A DNA stretch of 64,000 nucleotides from Geopsychrobacteraceae bacterium (GTDB lineage: Bacteria > Desulfobacterota > Desulfuromonadia > Desulfuromonadales > Geopsychrobacteraceae): positions 1,216,001 through 1,280,000 of the forward strand of contig CAXXTB010000001.1 in NCBI GenBank assembly GCA_963676795.2, written 5' to 3'. The notes below the pieces were generated by a model that made no database searches, was not told where the DNA came from, and saw only the letters and a list, made by a program, of their open reading frames with translations. The position numbers were made by a program, and so were the translations under genes. Numbering within the stretch: the first letter of the stretch is position 1; every line of letters starts with the position of its first letter. Shown here piece by piece: positions 19,033 through 28,246 of the stretch.

Positions 19033-19680
19033 CTAGAAGGGGATTGGACACCAGGTCGCCAGGGGGGTGATCAGCTGGTAGCGGCCGTCGTCCTGCAGTT
19101 CCATGACGATGATGTCGCAGTTCTTCGGGTTGCGCAGGGTCTCGAAATATTCGACCGACCAATGGAACCAGCGCATCAGGAAGATCCTCAGGGTCATGCC
19201 GTGGGTGATGATCAGGGCGTTTTCGGCGAAATCTTCGCGCTCGAAATTGCGATGCATGGTTTCCATGAAGGTACTGATCCGGTCAAAGACGTCGGCACCC
19301 GATTCTCCGTCGGGCATGCGGTAGTAAAACAGGCTGAACGATCTGCGCGTGCGCACCAGGTCGGGAATCGTTTCCGGATCGATGAAGTGCCCCCATTCCT
19401 GCTCCCGGATCCGTGGATCCTCGATGGTCGAGGTGATCCTGTCGCCGAGAACCCTGGCGATCTCTTCAAAGGTCTGGCGTGAACGATACCAGGGGGAGAT
19501 ATAGGCACGCACCGTTCCCTCACCGATGATGTCACTCAGTTTGTGACCGGCTTTTTCCGCCTGCCTGCGTCCCAGGTCAGTCAGGTTGAGCGTGTAGTCG
19601 GGAGTATCCCGGTAGAAGTTCGGATCAGCGTTTCCCTGGGATTCACCGTGGCGAACCAGTATGATGCGTTTTGGTTTCAT
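19033..19680 (-). CDS. Histidine phosphatase (phosphoglycerate mutase family)
   Basis: LVRHGES, SPWYRSRQT, RIREQEWG, GESGADVFDR, ITHG. Confidence 0.92.
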   Translation of the reverse strand: MKPKRIILVRHGESQGNADPNFYRDTPDYTLNLTDLGRRQAEKAGHKLSDIIGEGTVRAYISPWYRSRQTFEEIARVLGDRITSTIEDPRIREQEWGHFIDPETIPDLVRTRRSFSLFYYRMPDGESGADVFDRISTFMETMHRNFEREDFAENALIITHGMTLRIFLMRWFHWSVEYFETLRNPKNCDIIVMELQDDGRYQLITPLATWCPIPF

Positions 19681-19720
19681 AAGTTGCTGTGGCCTCTATG
19701 TTGAACACTTCGAGAAGTCT

Positions 19721-21136
19721 CTAAAGTATTTGAATATAGCTGGGAATACAATAGCGCCCTGACGACGAATCTGGTATCCAGGCGCTATTCTGATTGTCAA
19801 TTTCCGTCGGGAAGACCATTTTTTCTGTCACCGCGCGCAGGTTCTTGATCTTCAAAAAAGGTTTGCGCTGCTCCTGTCCCGGTTGCAGGGTGGTGATGAC
19901 CGTCGCGCCGATCAGCCAGCGTTGGGTCTCGCCGAAGAGTACTTTTGCCGCCAGCCCCCAGGCCGTGTGCAGAACAATCGCCTGTCCCTGCCGTTCACCA
20001 ATGTAGAGCATGATATGTCCGGGCATTGTGAGCAGACTGAAAAAAGGCTGCCCTTCGGCCAGAATCAGCTTTTCACGCTCAACCGGGGAGAACTCCTGCA
20101 GCTCTGTGATCCTGCCGATTTTCGCCTGCTGCGAAGAATTCCGCGGCAGCCAGATACCGAATGGGGCCATCAGGTCCCGCGTCATCGCCGAACAGTCTCT
20201 ATAGCCGTAACGTCCGCCCCAGTCATAAGGGGCGCCCAGCAGCGGGGCCGCCAGCTCTGCCATGTGTCTTTGTGTTGCCTGCAGCGGGAAACGCACCGCA
20301 TCTGCCTTGCCCAGTACGGCTTCAACCAGGACGGCATGACGCTCCTGGCCAGCGACCGCGAGCGCCAGACTATAGACGTTTTCAGTGCTGGTCAGAAGGG
20401 GGAGCTGGGTTCCTGTATCAACTATTCCCAGGTAACGGGTCTGTGCATCATAAAGGCTACAACGATCATGTACGACACTGATCAGCGGCAGCTCTTCGAT
20501 CCGAGCGATCAGTTCAGCATCAACCCAGGCAATGTCCTCGGTCGGGATCCAGCCAGAGAAGGCTACCGTTTCGGCAAAATACCAGTCGCCCTTCAGGGAT
20601 CTGTGGCTGACCAGGATCGGGGTGTTGATTGCGATAGAACTGTGTTGAAGCATGTCAAAGGGGAACCCCTCGCCGGCTGCTTGCGGATCGTTGAACAAAG
20701 GGGAGAGCGTTGGCAGTGCCCGCAGGCTGCTTTTGTTGACGGTGATCGCCGGGCGCGACATGCTCGGGTAGTGTCGCTGGTCGGCTTGCTCTATCAGCTG
20801 TTGCTTGCGCAGTGCGCTGACCGGCTTGAGGTTGATGTCAAATGGTCTGGCCGTCTGCAGCCAGTCAATCGCCCAGAATGGATGCTCCGTTTCAGCAAGC
20901 GGGGCCTGACTGTGCCAGGGTTTGAAATACAGTTCACGGTAGTTTTGTGCCAGATCGCTTTGCTGCGCTTCGCTAAGAACGGGAACATCTGCACTTGCCG
21001 GATTGAGATAGGCGCGCGGGTCCTGGGGGAGGTTTGCCAGGTCGGCCGGCTTAAAAGCTGTATTTACCGCGCATCCACTGAGCAGCAGAGAGAAAGACAG
21101 GACCCAAAATAACAGCTGGCGATAGCGACGACTCAT
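19721..21136 (-). CDS. NlpC/P60 cell-wall endopeptidase lipoprotein with SH3 domains
   Basis: Lipobox LLSGC; GEGFPFD; PYDWGG...RDCSA (catalytic Cys), LPRNS, GHIMLYIG. Confidence 0.9.
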   Translation of the reverse strand: MSRRYRQLLFWVLSFSLLLSGCAVNTAFKPADLANLPQDPRAYLNPASADVPVLSEAQQSDLAQNYRELYFKPWHSQAPLAETEHPFWAIDWLQTARPFDINLKPVSALRKQQLIEQADQRHYPSMSRPAITVNKSSLRALPTLSPLFNDPQAAGEGFPFDMLQHSSIAINTPILVSHRSLKGDWYFAETVAFSGWIPTEDIAWVDAELIARIEELPLISVVHDRCSLYDAQTRYLGIVDTGTQLPLLTSTENVYSLALAVAGQERHAVLVEAVLGKADAVRFPLQATQRHMAELAAPLLGAPYDWGGRYGYRDCSAMTRDLMAPFGIWLPRNSSQQAKIGRITELQEFSPVEREKLILAEGQPFFSLLTMPGHIMLYIGERQGQAIVLHTAWGLAAKVLFGETQRWLIGATVITTLQPGQEQRKPFLKIKNLRAVTEKMVFPTEIDNQNSAWIPDSSSGRYCIPSYIQIL

Positions 21137-21342
21137 GATTCAACCTATGGCATGAAGGTACTGAAATTGAAAGCTCCTCAAGGATATCCGCTTCCAACGG
21201 GAAAAGGAACTCTCCCGCGGAAATTATCTTTGCAGGTTAAAACTGCTGGAGAAAAGCTTTTCATCTCTGTGATATATTGACGTTCTTGGTGATTCACTTT
21301 TAAAGTGAAATTTCAAAGTCTTGATGACAAAGGAGATCCCAA

Positions 21343-21759
21343 ATGAAAACACAACTGTTCCCCTCACTGAAAAAAACCTTTTGTTCTTTCCTGATTGTGA
21401 CCATGACCGCTATGTGCTGGCAGTTCAGCGTTGTCCAGGCACAGATGGTCGGCACCGAACAGCTGATCAGCCAGCAGCAGAATCAGGAAGAGCGGGACAG
21501 GGTCTTAACCTTCCTTGACCGTGAAGATGTTGAGCAGGCGATCATTGCTCAGGGGGTGACTCCGGCGGAGGTTAAGAAAAGGGTCGCTGCACTGACCGAC
21601 GATGAAATCAGCCAGTTAGCCGGCCAGATCGATCAGCTTCCGGCAGGCGCCGGGCTGGAGAGCGTTGTCGGTGCCCTCGTTTTCGTATTTATCGTCCTGC
21701 TTGTGACCGACATCCTCGGGTTTACAAAAGTCTTTCCATTTACCCGCTCCGTTCGCTGA
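21343..21759 (+). CDS. PA2779-family protein
   Basis: Signal peptide; RVAALTDDEI..LA.QIDQLPAG and C-terminal FIVLLVTDILG. Confidence 0.8.
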   Translation: MKTQLFPSLKKTFCSFLIVTMTAMCWQFSVVQAQMVGTEQLISQQQNQEERDRVLTFLDREDVEQAIIAQGVTPAEVKKRVAALTDDEISQLAGQIDQLPAGAGLESVVGALVFVFIVLLVTDILGFTKVFPFTRSVR

Positions 21760-21764
21760 CAGGC

Positions 21765-22712
21765 ATGTGGAAAGTAAGTTTCAAGCCGGGAACTCTCAAA
21801 CGTTCCTGGCTTGTTCTTTTTTGTCTTTGTCTCGCGCTGACCTCCTGTGCCGGAGCTGATTTCCTCGCGCAGGCGGATGCACGCTTGCCGCGTCTGGTGC
21901 TTGACGATGTTCCCTTCGTCGCCCAGCAGGACTATCAATGCGGCCCCGCCGCCGTTGCCATGCTGCTCGCCTACAACAGCAGGCCTGCCGCTTTAGAGGA
22001 GCTGATCGAGCAGGTTTACTCTCCCGACCTGCACGGCAGCATCCAACCCTCATTGATCGCCGCCCTGCGTCGTCATGGCTTGTTGGCGTACCAGATCAAG
22101 GGTTTTCACGATCTTGTCGCTGAGCTGGACGCCGGTCATCCGGTGCTGATCCTGCAGAATCTCGGGCTCTCCTGGGTCCAGCGCTGGCATTACTCGGTCG
22201 TTGTCGGTTATGACCGGCAGGAGAAGACGATTCTGCTACACTCGGCGGACAAGCCGCTGATGGAGATGTCGGTTTTTGTTTTTGCCAACACCTGGCGGCG
22301 CAGCGCTGACTGGGGGCTTGTCGCGCTTAATCCCGGGACACTCCCCGCAACGGCACAGGAGCTGCCCTACCTCAAAGCGGTCAGCGCCCTGGAGCAGATC
22401 GGTCTGGTCGTGGAATCCGGTTTGGCCTATGAGGTTGCCACACATCAGTGGCCGACGAGCTTCACCGCCTGGTTCGGCTGGGGCAACAGCCTCTATGCCC
22501 AGGCGGAATTTCCGCGTGCGGCTGAGGCGCTGGAACAGGCCGTGGCTTTGCGTCCGGCAAGTGGCCCGGCGCTCAACAACCTGGCACTGGCCCGGAACGC
22601 CAGCGGTCAAAAGATAATGGCGCTGGAAACCATTCAGAAGGCGATTAATCTGGGCGGTCCCTACCTTGAAACCTACCTCAACAGCCGCAGGGAAATTCTC
22701 GATTCGCCCTGA
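21765..22712 (+). CDS. PA2778-family C39-like cysteine peptidase with TPR repeats (lipoprotein)
   Basis: Lipobox LTSC; VPFVAQ.DYQCGPAA, WHYSVVVGYD; TPR-like C-terminus (WFGWGNSLY, ALNNLA). Confidence 0.85.
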   Translation: MWKVSFKPGTLKRSWLVLFCLCLALTSCAGADFLAQADARLPRLVLDDVPFVAQQDYQCGPAAVAMLLAYNSRPAALEELIEQVYSPDLHGSIQPSLIAALRRHGLLAYQIKGFHDLVAELDAGHPVLILQNLGLSWVQRWHYSVVVGYDRQEKTILLHSADKPLMEMSVFVFANTWRRSADWGLVALNPGTLPATAQELPYLKAVSALEQIGLVVESGLAYEVATHQWPTSFTAWFGWGNSLYAQAEFPRAAEALEQAVALRPASGPALNNLALARNASGQKIMALETIQKAINLGGPYLETYLNSRREILDSP

Positions 22713-22724
22713 TTTCTGGCCGAC

Positions 22725-23309
22725 TTAAAACTTTTCAGCCCGTTTGATGTACTCGATATAGCGCGGCCAGGCAGCAAGCAGTTTGTCGATTCTGTTCGGC
22801 TGATAGGAGTGCAGCTCGACCAGTTGCGAGGAGAGGATTTCCGAATGAATCCCTCTGGCAAAGGGGATGCCCGAAGCCAGCTTGATGACCGCCGCGTCGT
22901 TGGTGGCCGAGAGTTCAAACAGGTAGTCCTGCAGCGGGGACGCCGCGCCAAACGGGTAGTTACGTTCCTGGAGATCCCAGAGACGTTGTTGCTCCTTGCC
23001 TGCCGGATAGAGCGCGACAAACGCATCTTCATAGTTTTTCTGTCCGGTACGTTTGGCCAGAACATAGGTCGTCAGCAGGCGGTGAAATTTTTCTTCCGAC
23101 TGGCTTAGTTGCTGGTCCAGTTCATTCGTCGAAACAGCGTCGCTTAAGGGGAGTTCACCAAGAAACAGGGCGGCAAGGTATTGATCCTCGGGATCCGAAC
23201 CGTTCAGGCTGGAGTAGAGGTTGCCGATCAGTTTTGAACCTGGTACCGAGGCATCGGCTGAAAATGAGGGGATGATTCCGGTGCAGAAAAATAAAATCAA
23301 TAATTTCAT
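22725..23309 (-). CDS. Hypothetical exported helical protein
   Basis: 194-aa ORF with signal-peptide-like N-terminus; fills the gap between genes. Confidence 0.65.
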   Translation of the reverse strand: MKLLILFFCTGIIPSFSADASVPGSKLIGNLYSSLNGSDPEDQYLAALFLGELPLSDAVSTNELDQQLSQSEEKFHRLLTTYVLAKRTGQKNYEDAFVALYPAGKEQQRLWDLQERNYPFGAASPLQDYLFELSATNDAAVIKLASGIPFARGIHSEILSSQLVELHSYQPNRIDKLLAAWPRYIEYIKRAEKF

Positions 23310-23413
23310 AAAGTAACTTTTTATTTACACTTCTCCATTTAATTAAAGCGATGAGACATTTTTAGCAGAAATTGATCTGCTGTCAATATAAAGAAGTTCG
23401 CGGGGGGAGGATA

Positions 23414-23923
23414 CTATTCAGGACTCTTGTGCTTTTTCCAGGGTTTGAAGATTGAGACGAACAGGGCAACGACTAGAACTGCCGATTGCAGGGAACCGAA
23501 AATCAGGTTCATGCGCTGGTTGTACAGGTAGGCCGGGTCGGTCAGGGCGGCCATGCCGAGCTCACCGGAGATCTCCATCATCGTTGTTTCCCAGGGACCG
23601 AGGAAGAATGTCCCGAAGAGGATAATGGCAACCGTGACAATCCACTTGAAGGTGATCCAGTGGTGTTTGAAGAACCCCCAGTGGCTGAAAAGTGAATAGA
23701 CAAGTCCCGTCAGCAGGCTGCCGATCGCACCGGGGATGACGATGATCAGCATGTCAATATGGTGAATGCTTTGGTTGATACCGTAGAGAACGGCACCGTC
23801 AGAAACAGCATTTTTCAGAAAATAGAGTGAGAGCAGAGAGATGGCTCCTCCGATCCAGCAGGCGACACAGAGCAGGTGGATACCTTTAAGCCATTTCAGT
23901 CCTTTGGGGTCCAGCTTTTTCAA
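23414..23923 (-). CDS. Four-TM membrane protein (DUF2269-like)
   Basis: LKGIHLL..WIGG, LLTGL, WGFFKHHWI..KW, SIFKPW; AGGAGG RBS before TTG. Confidence 0.75.
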   Translation of the reverse strand: MKKLDPKGLKWLKGIHLLCVACWIGGAISLLSLYFLKNAVSDGAVLYGINQSIHHIDMLIIVIPGAIGSLLTGLVYSLFSHWGFFKHHWITFKWIVTVAIILFGTFFLGPWETTMMEISGELGMAALTDPAYLYNQRMNLIFGSLQSAVLVVALFVSIFKPWKKHKSPE

Positions 23924-24110
23924 ATCACGGAACCTCCTGTATAAACTGTGGTGCGGGACGGCATCGAATGGAACAGGCTGCTACGTACTCACCCTTATAC
24001 AAACAAACGAACTCATTGACAATGAGGTATACTCTTTTTGTTACTGGTTCGCACCAACGATGCTGCTTTACCCCCTTTCTTTAAAATTCCTTCACACTGG
24101 AGCCATGGTT

Positions 24111-25010
24111 ATGGAACTCAAAGGAATCTATCCGATTGTCCCGACCCCTTTTCTGGATAATGGTGAAGTCGATTATGTCAGTATCGAGCGGCTGGTCGAT
24201 TGCATGGTGAAGAAGAAAGTTCATGGGATAGCGATCATGGGGGCGCTGGGAGAGGGGCCCAAGATGACCGAGCTGGAGCGGGAGCGGATTATCTCGCTCT
24301 ATCGTGAGCTGATGCCGGGCAGTATGCAGCTGATCGTCGGCACACGGGCGGTGGCGACCGACCCGGCCATGCTGATGGCGGCAAAGGCGCGTGATCTGGG
24401 GGCCGATGCCTTGCTGCTCGGGCCGCACGGGGTTCAGAAAGACAAGCCGCTGCTCGAGTATTACCAGATGGTATCGAACGCGGCAAAGATCCCCTGTGTC
24501 ATCCATGATTACCCGGCGGTGACCGGGATCACCATGACGGTCGAACTGATCACGAAGATGTTTGAGACCGCCGAGTATATCCAGTATATCAAGCTTGAGG
24601 AACCGCCGACCGGGGCGAAGATGCAGGCTCTGCAGAAGAGTGTCGGTAAGAAACTCAAGGTTTTTGGCGCATTGGGAGGGAACTACGCGCTCGAGGAGCT
24701 TGAGCTGGGGGCGGTCGGCATCATGACCGGCTTCGTCTACGCCGAGCTGCTGGTCAAGCTCTACAACCACGCCCGGGCCGGTGAGTGGGATGCGGCGCGC
24801 CAGCTGTTCTACGATTTTCTGCCGCTGACCCGCTGGGAATTTCAACCGGGGATCGGCATCTCCCTGCGCAAGAATATGTTCAAGCGGATGGGTGTGTTCT
24901 CTTCGACCAAGGTCCGTCACCCCGGGGCCGAAGCGGATGAGAAAACTGTCGAACAGATGCTCAATATCATTCATTACCTGAATGCCAAAGGATACCGGCT
25001 GGCCTGTTGA
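24111..25010 (+). CDS. Dihydrodipicolinate synthase-like class I aldolase/lyase (not canonical DapA)
   Basis: GIYPIVPTPF..GEVD; GALGE in place of GTTGE; HDYPAVTG; YIKLE (Schiff-base Lys). Confidence 0.85.
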   Translation: MELKGIYPIVPTPFLDNGEVDYVSIERLVDCMVKKKVHGIAIMGALGEGPKMTELERERIISLYRELMPGSMQLIVGTRAVATDPAMLMAAKARDLGADALLLGPHGVQKDKPLLEYYQMVSNAAKIPCVIHDYPAVTGITMTVELITKMFETAEYIQYIKLEEPPTGAKMQALQKSVGKKLKVFGALGGNYALEELELGAVGIMTGFVYAELLVKLYNHARAGEWDAARQLFYDFLPLTRWEFQPGIGISLRKNMFKRMGVFSSTKVRHPGAEADEKTVEQMLNIIHYLNAKGYRLAC

Positions 25011-25033
25011 TTTAAAAAAAGAAAGAATAGTGC

Positions 25034-25063
25034 TTGACAGGTCGGGAGTGCTTTTGATAGAAA
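25034..25063 (+). promoter_or_regulatory. Putative sigma70 promoter of tRNA-Val
   Basis: TTGACA-N18-TAGAAA directly upstream of the tRNA. Confidence 0.5.
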
Positions 25064-25081
25064 CTCGTCCACAACGATTGG

Positions 25082-25156
<75 letters not shown>

Positions 25157-25174
25157 TCCAATCTTGAGTTATAC

Positions 25175-25209
25175 AAAGGCATTCCGTTTTTTCCGGGATG
25201 CCTTTTTTT
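25175..25209 (+). terminator. Rho-independent terminator after tRNA-Val
   Basis: AAAGGCATTCCG...CGGGATGCCTTT followed by a T-run. Confidence 0.85.
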
Positions 25210-25644
25210 CGTTTCTGCTCTGTCCGTTTTTCCGAAAGAATATCCTGCGTGAGGTTGAGAACTTTATCATCTCAGCCGGCTGAGGACACGCCTTTTCCCG
25301 ACGAAGATCATGCGCATGTGGATGCCATCACTCTGAGCGTGTTTTTACCGCAAACTTGGGCATCGCTGAGGGGGCATCAAGTCGAGCAATCCGTCAGTCC
25401 CCGGTTATGCGATTCCCTTTGTGATTTGTTCAGACTGTAAACGACCCTGATAAATGCGTCTTCGTCGTACAGCGTCAAGTTGATGACAAAAGTGCGACTG
25501 GCCCCATGCCCAGATAGATATTCTGATATACTGAAGACACTTATCTATCTAGCCGATTTTTTTCGCACCTTTGCTGAAAATGGGGAACCAGGCACTTTGC
25601 TGGAGAGGTGCTCTTAGCTGATTGCTGAACTCAGCGTCCGGCCT

Positions 25645-26262
25645 TTAAAGAACGATCAGGCTGGCGACCAGGATCAGTACGATACCCGTCAGCTTTTCCA
25701 GTTTCCTGCTATGTCTGGGCAGAAGCTGTTGCGACCTGGGGTTGCCAACACTCCAGGTGATGAACAGGTCCCAGAGCAATACGGCGCTGAACATCCATAA
25801 GCCGTAAAGCAGTTGATGGGAAAGCGGGGTCGTGGCTGAGACGATGAGGCTCATCAGGCTCAGGTAAAAGATGGCGTTTTTCGGGTTGAGGATCGCCGAG
25901 AGAAATCCGCAGCATAACAGCCTTGGCGAAGAACTTGGCAATCCCTGCGCCTGGCGGTCTGCCGGTTGTCCACTGCCGTGGCTGCTCAACAGGCACCAGC
26001 CGAGGTAGCAGAGATAGACCGCAGCCAGCAGTTTCATGGAGATGAACAGCAGCTGGTTCTCTCTGAGCAGGCTGAAACCGAAGATGGCGGCAACGATATA
26101 GACAGCATTGGCGCAGGCAATTCCCAGGCTGGTCCAGACACTGCGTCTGAACCCATAGCGCATGGCGGTGCCGACAATCAGGATAAAATCGGGTCCGGGA
26201 CTGAGCAGGGCGGTGAAATGTGCCGTCGCCAGCGCGGTGAATTCAAGCAGGTTGATGTCCAT
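25645..26262 (-). CDS. LysE/RhtB family translocator
   Basis: SPGPDF and ILNPKNAIFY motifs; several TM helices. Confidence 0.92.
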   Translation of the reverse strand: MDINLLEFTALATAHFTALLSPGPDFILIVGTAMRYGFRRSVWTSLGIACANAVYIVAAIFGFSLLRENQLLFISMKLLAAVYLCYLGWCLLSSHGSGQPADRQAQGLPSSSPRLLCCGFLSAILNPKNAIFYLSLMSLIVSATTPLSHQLLYGLWMFSAVLLWDLFITWSVGNPRSQQLLPRHSRKLEKLTGIVLILVASLIVL

Positions 26263-26329
26263 AAGACTGACTCCTTCGCTTAATGGAGTCTAGTTCGGCT
26301 TGGGCCGGAATTATTGTATCGAATTGATT

Positions 26330-27130
26330 TTATTTGGCCTGTTGGTACTGGCGCGGGGTGGCGGAGACGAACTGCCTGAAGGTGCGGTGGAAGTGGCTCT
26401 GGTCGGCAAAACCGGTCTCCGCGGCGACGGCGGCCGGGGCGACGCCTTGGCGCAGCAGGCGCTTGGCTTTTTCGATGCGCAGATTGAGTCGGTATTCGTG
26501 AGGTGTGAGGCCAACATGGCTTTTGAAACTGCGCAGCAGGTGATGAGCTGAATAGCCGATTTTCGCGGCTAGTTCCTCAAGGGTCAGGTTGGCTTCCAGG
26601 TCTGCCTCGAGCAGCCCTTTCAATTGGCGGATAGTCTTGGGTTCCAGACGCAGCTCCGGGACTGTCGATGTTGTGCAGCCGCACAGCTCAAGAGAAAAAT
26701 AGCAGAGCGCTTCGTGTTTCTCCATGGAAAAACCCGGTCGGCCGATCAGTTCGGTCAACTGGCAGAAGGCGGCAAAGAGCACGTTGTTCCGGATGATTCC
26801 TGTGGCCGGAAAGCTTGCTGCTGAGAGGCCTGGTTGCGGATCGCTTTGCAGCCCCTGATACCAGTTTGGATCGATGAAAACGGCGATATAGGAGCGTGGA
26901 GCATCCAGAGGCGTACAGCTGTGGACAGTCTGCGGTGTGATGATGACCAGATCGCCCTGCTCGGCGATTGTGGCCCCGGCCGGGGTGGTGAAACTGGTCC
27001 GCCCTTTGGTCACAGCGGCGATGAACAGTTCCGGATGAAAATGATCCTTGTAGGTCTCAGAACTGTCCGTTGTTTGGCGGACGACGAGCCAGGGGAGCTC
27101 CTGTTCGGTTTTAAAGAGATTACTGTTCAT
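26330..27130 (-). CDS. AraC family transcriptional regulator
   Basis: Cupin HFH..HSC; HTH region LEELAAKIGYS..HLLRSFK..GLTP, GFADQSHFHRTF. Confidence 0.92.
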   Translation of the reverse strand: MNSNLFKTEQELPWLVVRQTTDSSETYKDHFHPELFIAAVTKGRTSFTTPAGATIAEQGDLVIITPQTVHSCTPLDAPRSYIAVFIDPNWYQGLQSDPQPGLSAASFPATGIIRNNVLFAAFCQLTELIGRPGFSMEKHEALCYFSLELCGCTTSTVPELRLEPKTIRQLKGLLEADLEANLTLEELAAKIGYSAHHLLRSFKSHVGLTPHEYRLNLRIEKAKRLLRQGVAPAAVAAETGFADQSHFHRTFRQFVSATPRQYQQAK

Positions 27131-27186
27131 GCCGGCAAGTATAAAGGGCCACAGCTGATTGAGTCGACTTAAAAAATGAGGGTGGT

Positions 27187-28224
27187 ATGCAAGCGATGAT
27201 CCTCGAAAAACTAACCGATTTGTCCACCAACAAGGAGCCACTGCGCCTGGTCGATTTTCCTGCCCCTCAGGCGGTTGCAGGGCAGGTGCGGATCCGGGTC
27301 GAGACCTGCGGCGTCTGTCACACCGAGCTGGATGAGATCGAGGGGCGTACCCCGCCGCCGCTCCTGCCGATCATCCCGGGGCATCAGGTCGTTGGTCGGA
27401 TCGATCAGGTCGGCGAGGGGATCGACAAGGGGTTGCTCGGCCAACGGGTCGGTGTGGCCTGGATCTATTCGGCCTGCGGGAGCTGTCGCTGGTGTCTGGA
27501 CGGCCTGGAAAATCTCTGCCCTGAGTTCCGGGCGACCGGGCGCGATGCCCATGGCGGCTACGCTGAGTACATGGTTGCCCCTGCGAGCTATGCCTATCCG
27601 ATACCGGAGCGTTTCAGTGCCGCAGAGGCGGCGCCGCTGCTCTGCGCCGGGGCGATCGGCTTTCGCTCGTTGCGGCTGGCCAATGTCGATGCGCAGAGCA
27701 GTGCCCTGGGGTTGACCGGGTTCGGCGGTTCGGCGCATCTGGTGCTGAAGCTTGCCCGGCATCTCTATCCCAAGCTGCCGGTCTATGTTTTTGCCCGCAG
27801 CGACAAGGAACGCCAGTTCGCTCTGGAACTGGGGGCGGCATGGGCCGGCGGTACGGCCGATCCTCCTCCGCAACCGCTTGCGGCGATGATCGACACGACG
27901 CCGGTCTGGAAACCTGTGGTCAGCGCTTTGCGTATGCTCGAACCGGGCGGTCGGCTGGTGATCAACGCGATCCGCAAAGAGCAGCATGATCGTGACTGTT
28001 TAAGCGAAATCGATTATCCTGTGGATCTGTGGCTGGAGAAGGAGATCAAGAGCGTTGCCAACGTCACCGCTTATGATGTCCGTGAGTTTCTCAAACTGGC
28101 CGCAGAGATCCCGATCGTTCCGACTGTTGAAGAGTTTTTCCTGAACGAGGCCAACCGGGCGCTGCTCGAACTCAAAGAGCGTCATGTCCGCGGGGCCAAG
28201 GTTTTACGGATTGCCGATCTCTAA
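27187..28224 (+). CDS. Zinc-dependent alcohol dehydrogenase family protein
   Basis: CGVCHTE, PGHQVVG, structural Zn site CGSCRWC...ENLC, APLLCAGAIG, GFGGSAH. Confidence 0.92.
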   Translation: MQAMILEKLTDLSTNKEPLRLVDFPAPQAVAGQVRIRVETCGVCHTELDEIEGRTPPPLLPIIPGHQVVGRIDQVGEGIDKGLLGQRVGVAWIYSACGSCRWCLDGLENLCPEFRATGRDAHGGYAEYMVAPASYAYPIPERFSAAEAAPLLCAGAIGFRSLRLANVDAQSSALGLTGFGGSAHLVLKLARHLYPKLPVYVFARSDKERQFALELGAAWAGGTADPPPQPLAAMIDTTPVWKPVVSALRMLEPGGRLVINAIRKEQHDRDCLSEIDYPVDLWLEKEIKSVANVTAYDVREFLKLAAEIPIVPTVEEFFLNEANRALLELKERHVRGAKVLRIADL

Positions 28225-28246
28225 CAGGCTGTTAATGGAGGCCGAC

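Noticed and set aside
23841..24110. Long N-terminal extensions given by the ORF track (DapA-like, AraC, amrS, betB, cNMP protein)
   Set aside because: Most overlap neighbouring genes or promoter regions; downstream starts fit family N-termini, usually with a visible RBS
25198..25440. 80-aa ORF after tRNA-Val, and small ORFs inside the repeat loci (1609-1794, 1712-1951, 18541-18756)
   Set aside because: They start within terminators or repeats, lack an RBS and show no protein-like motifs
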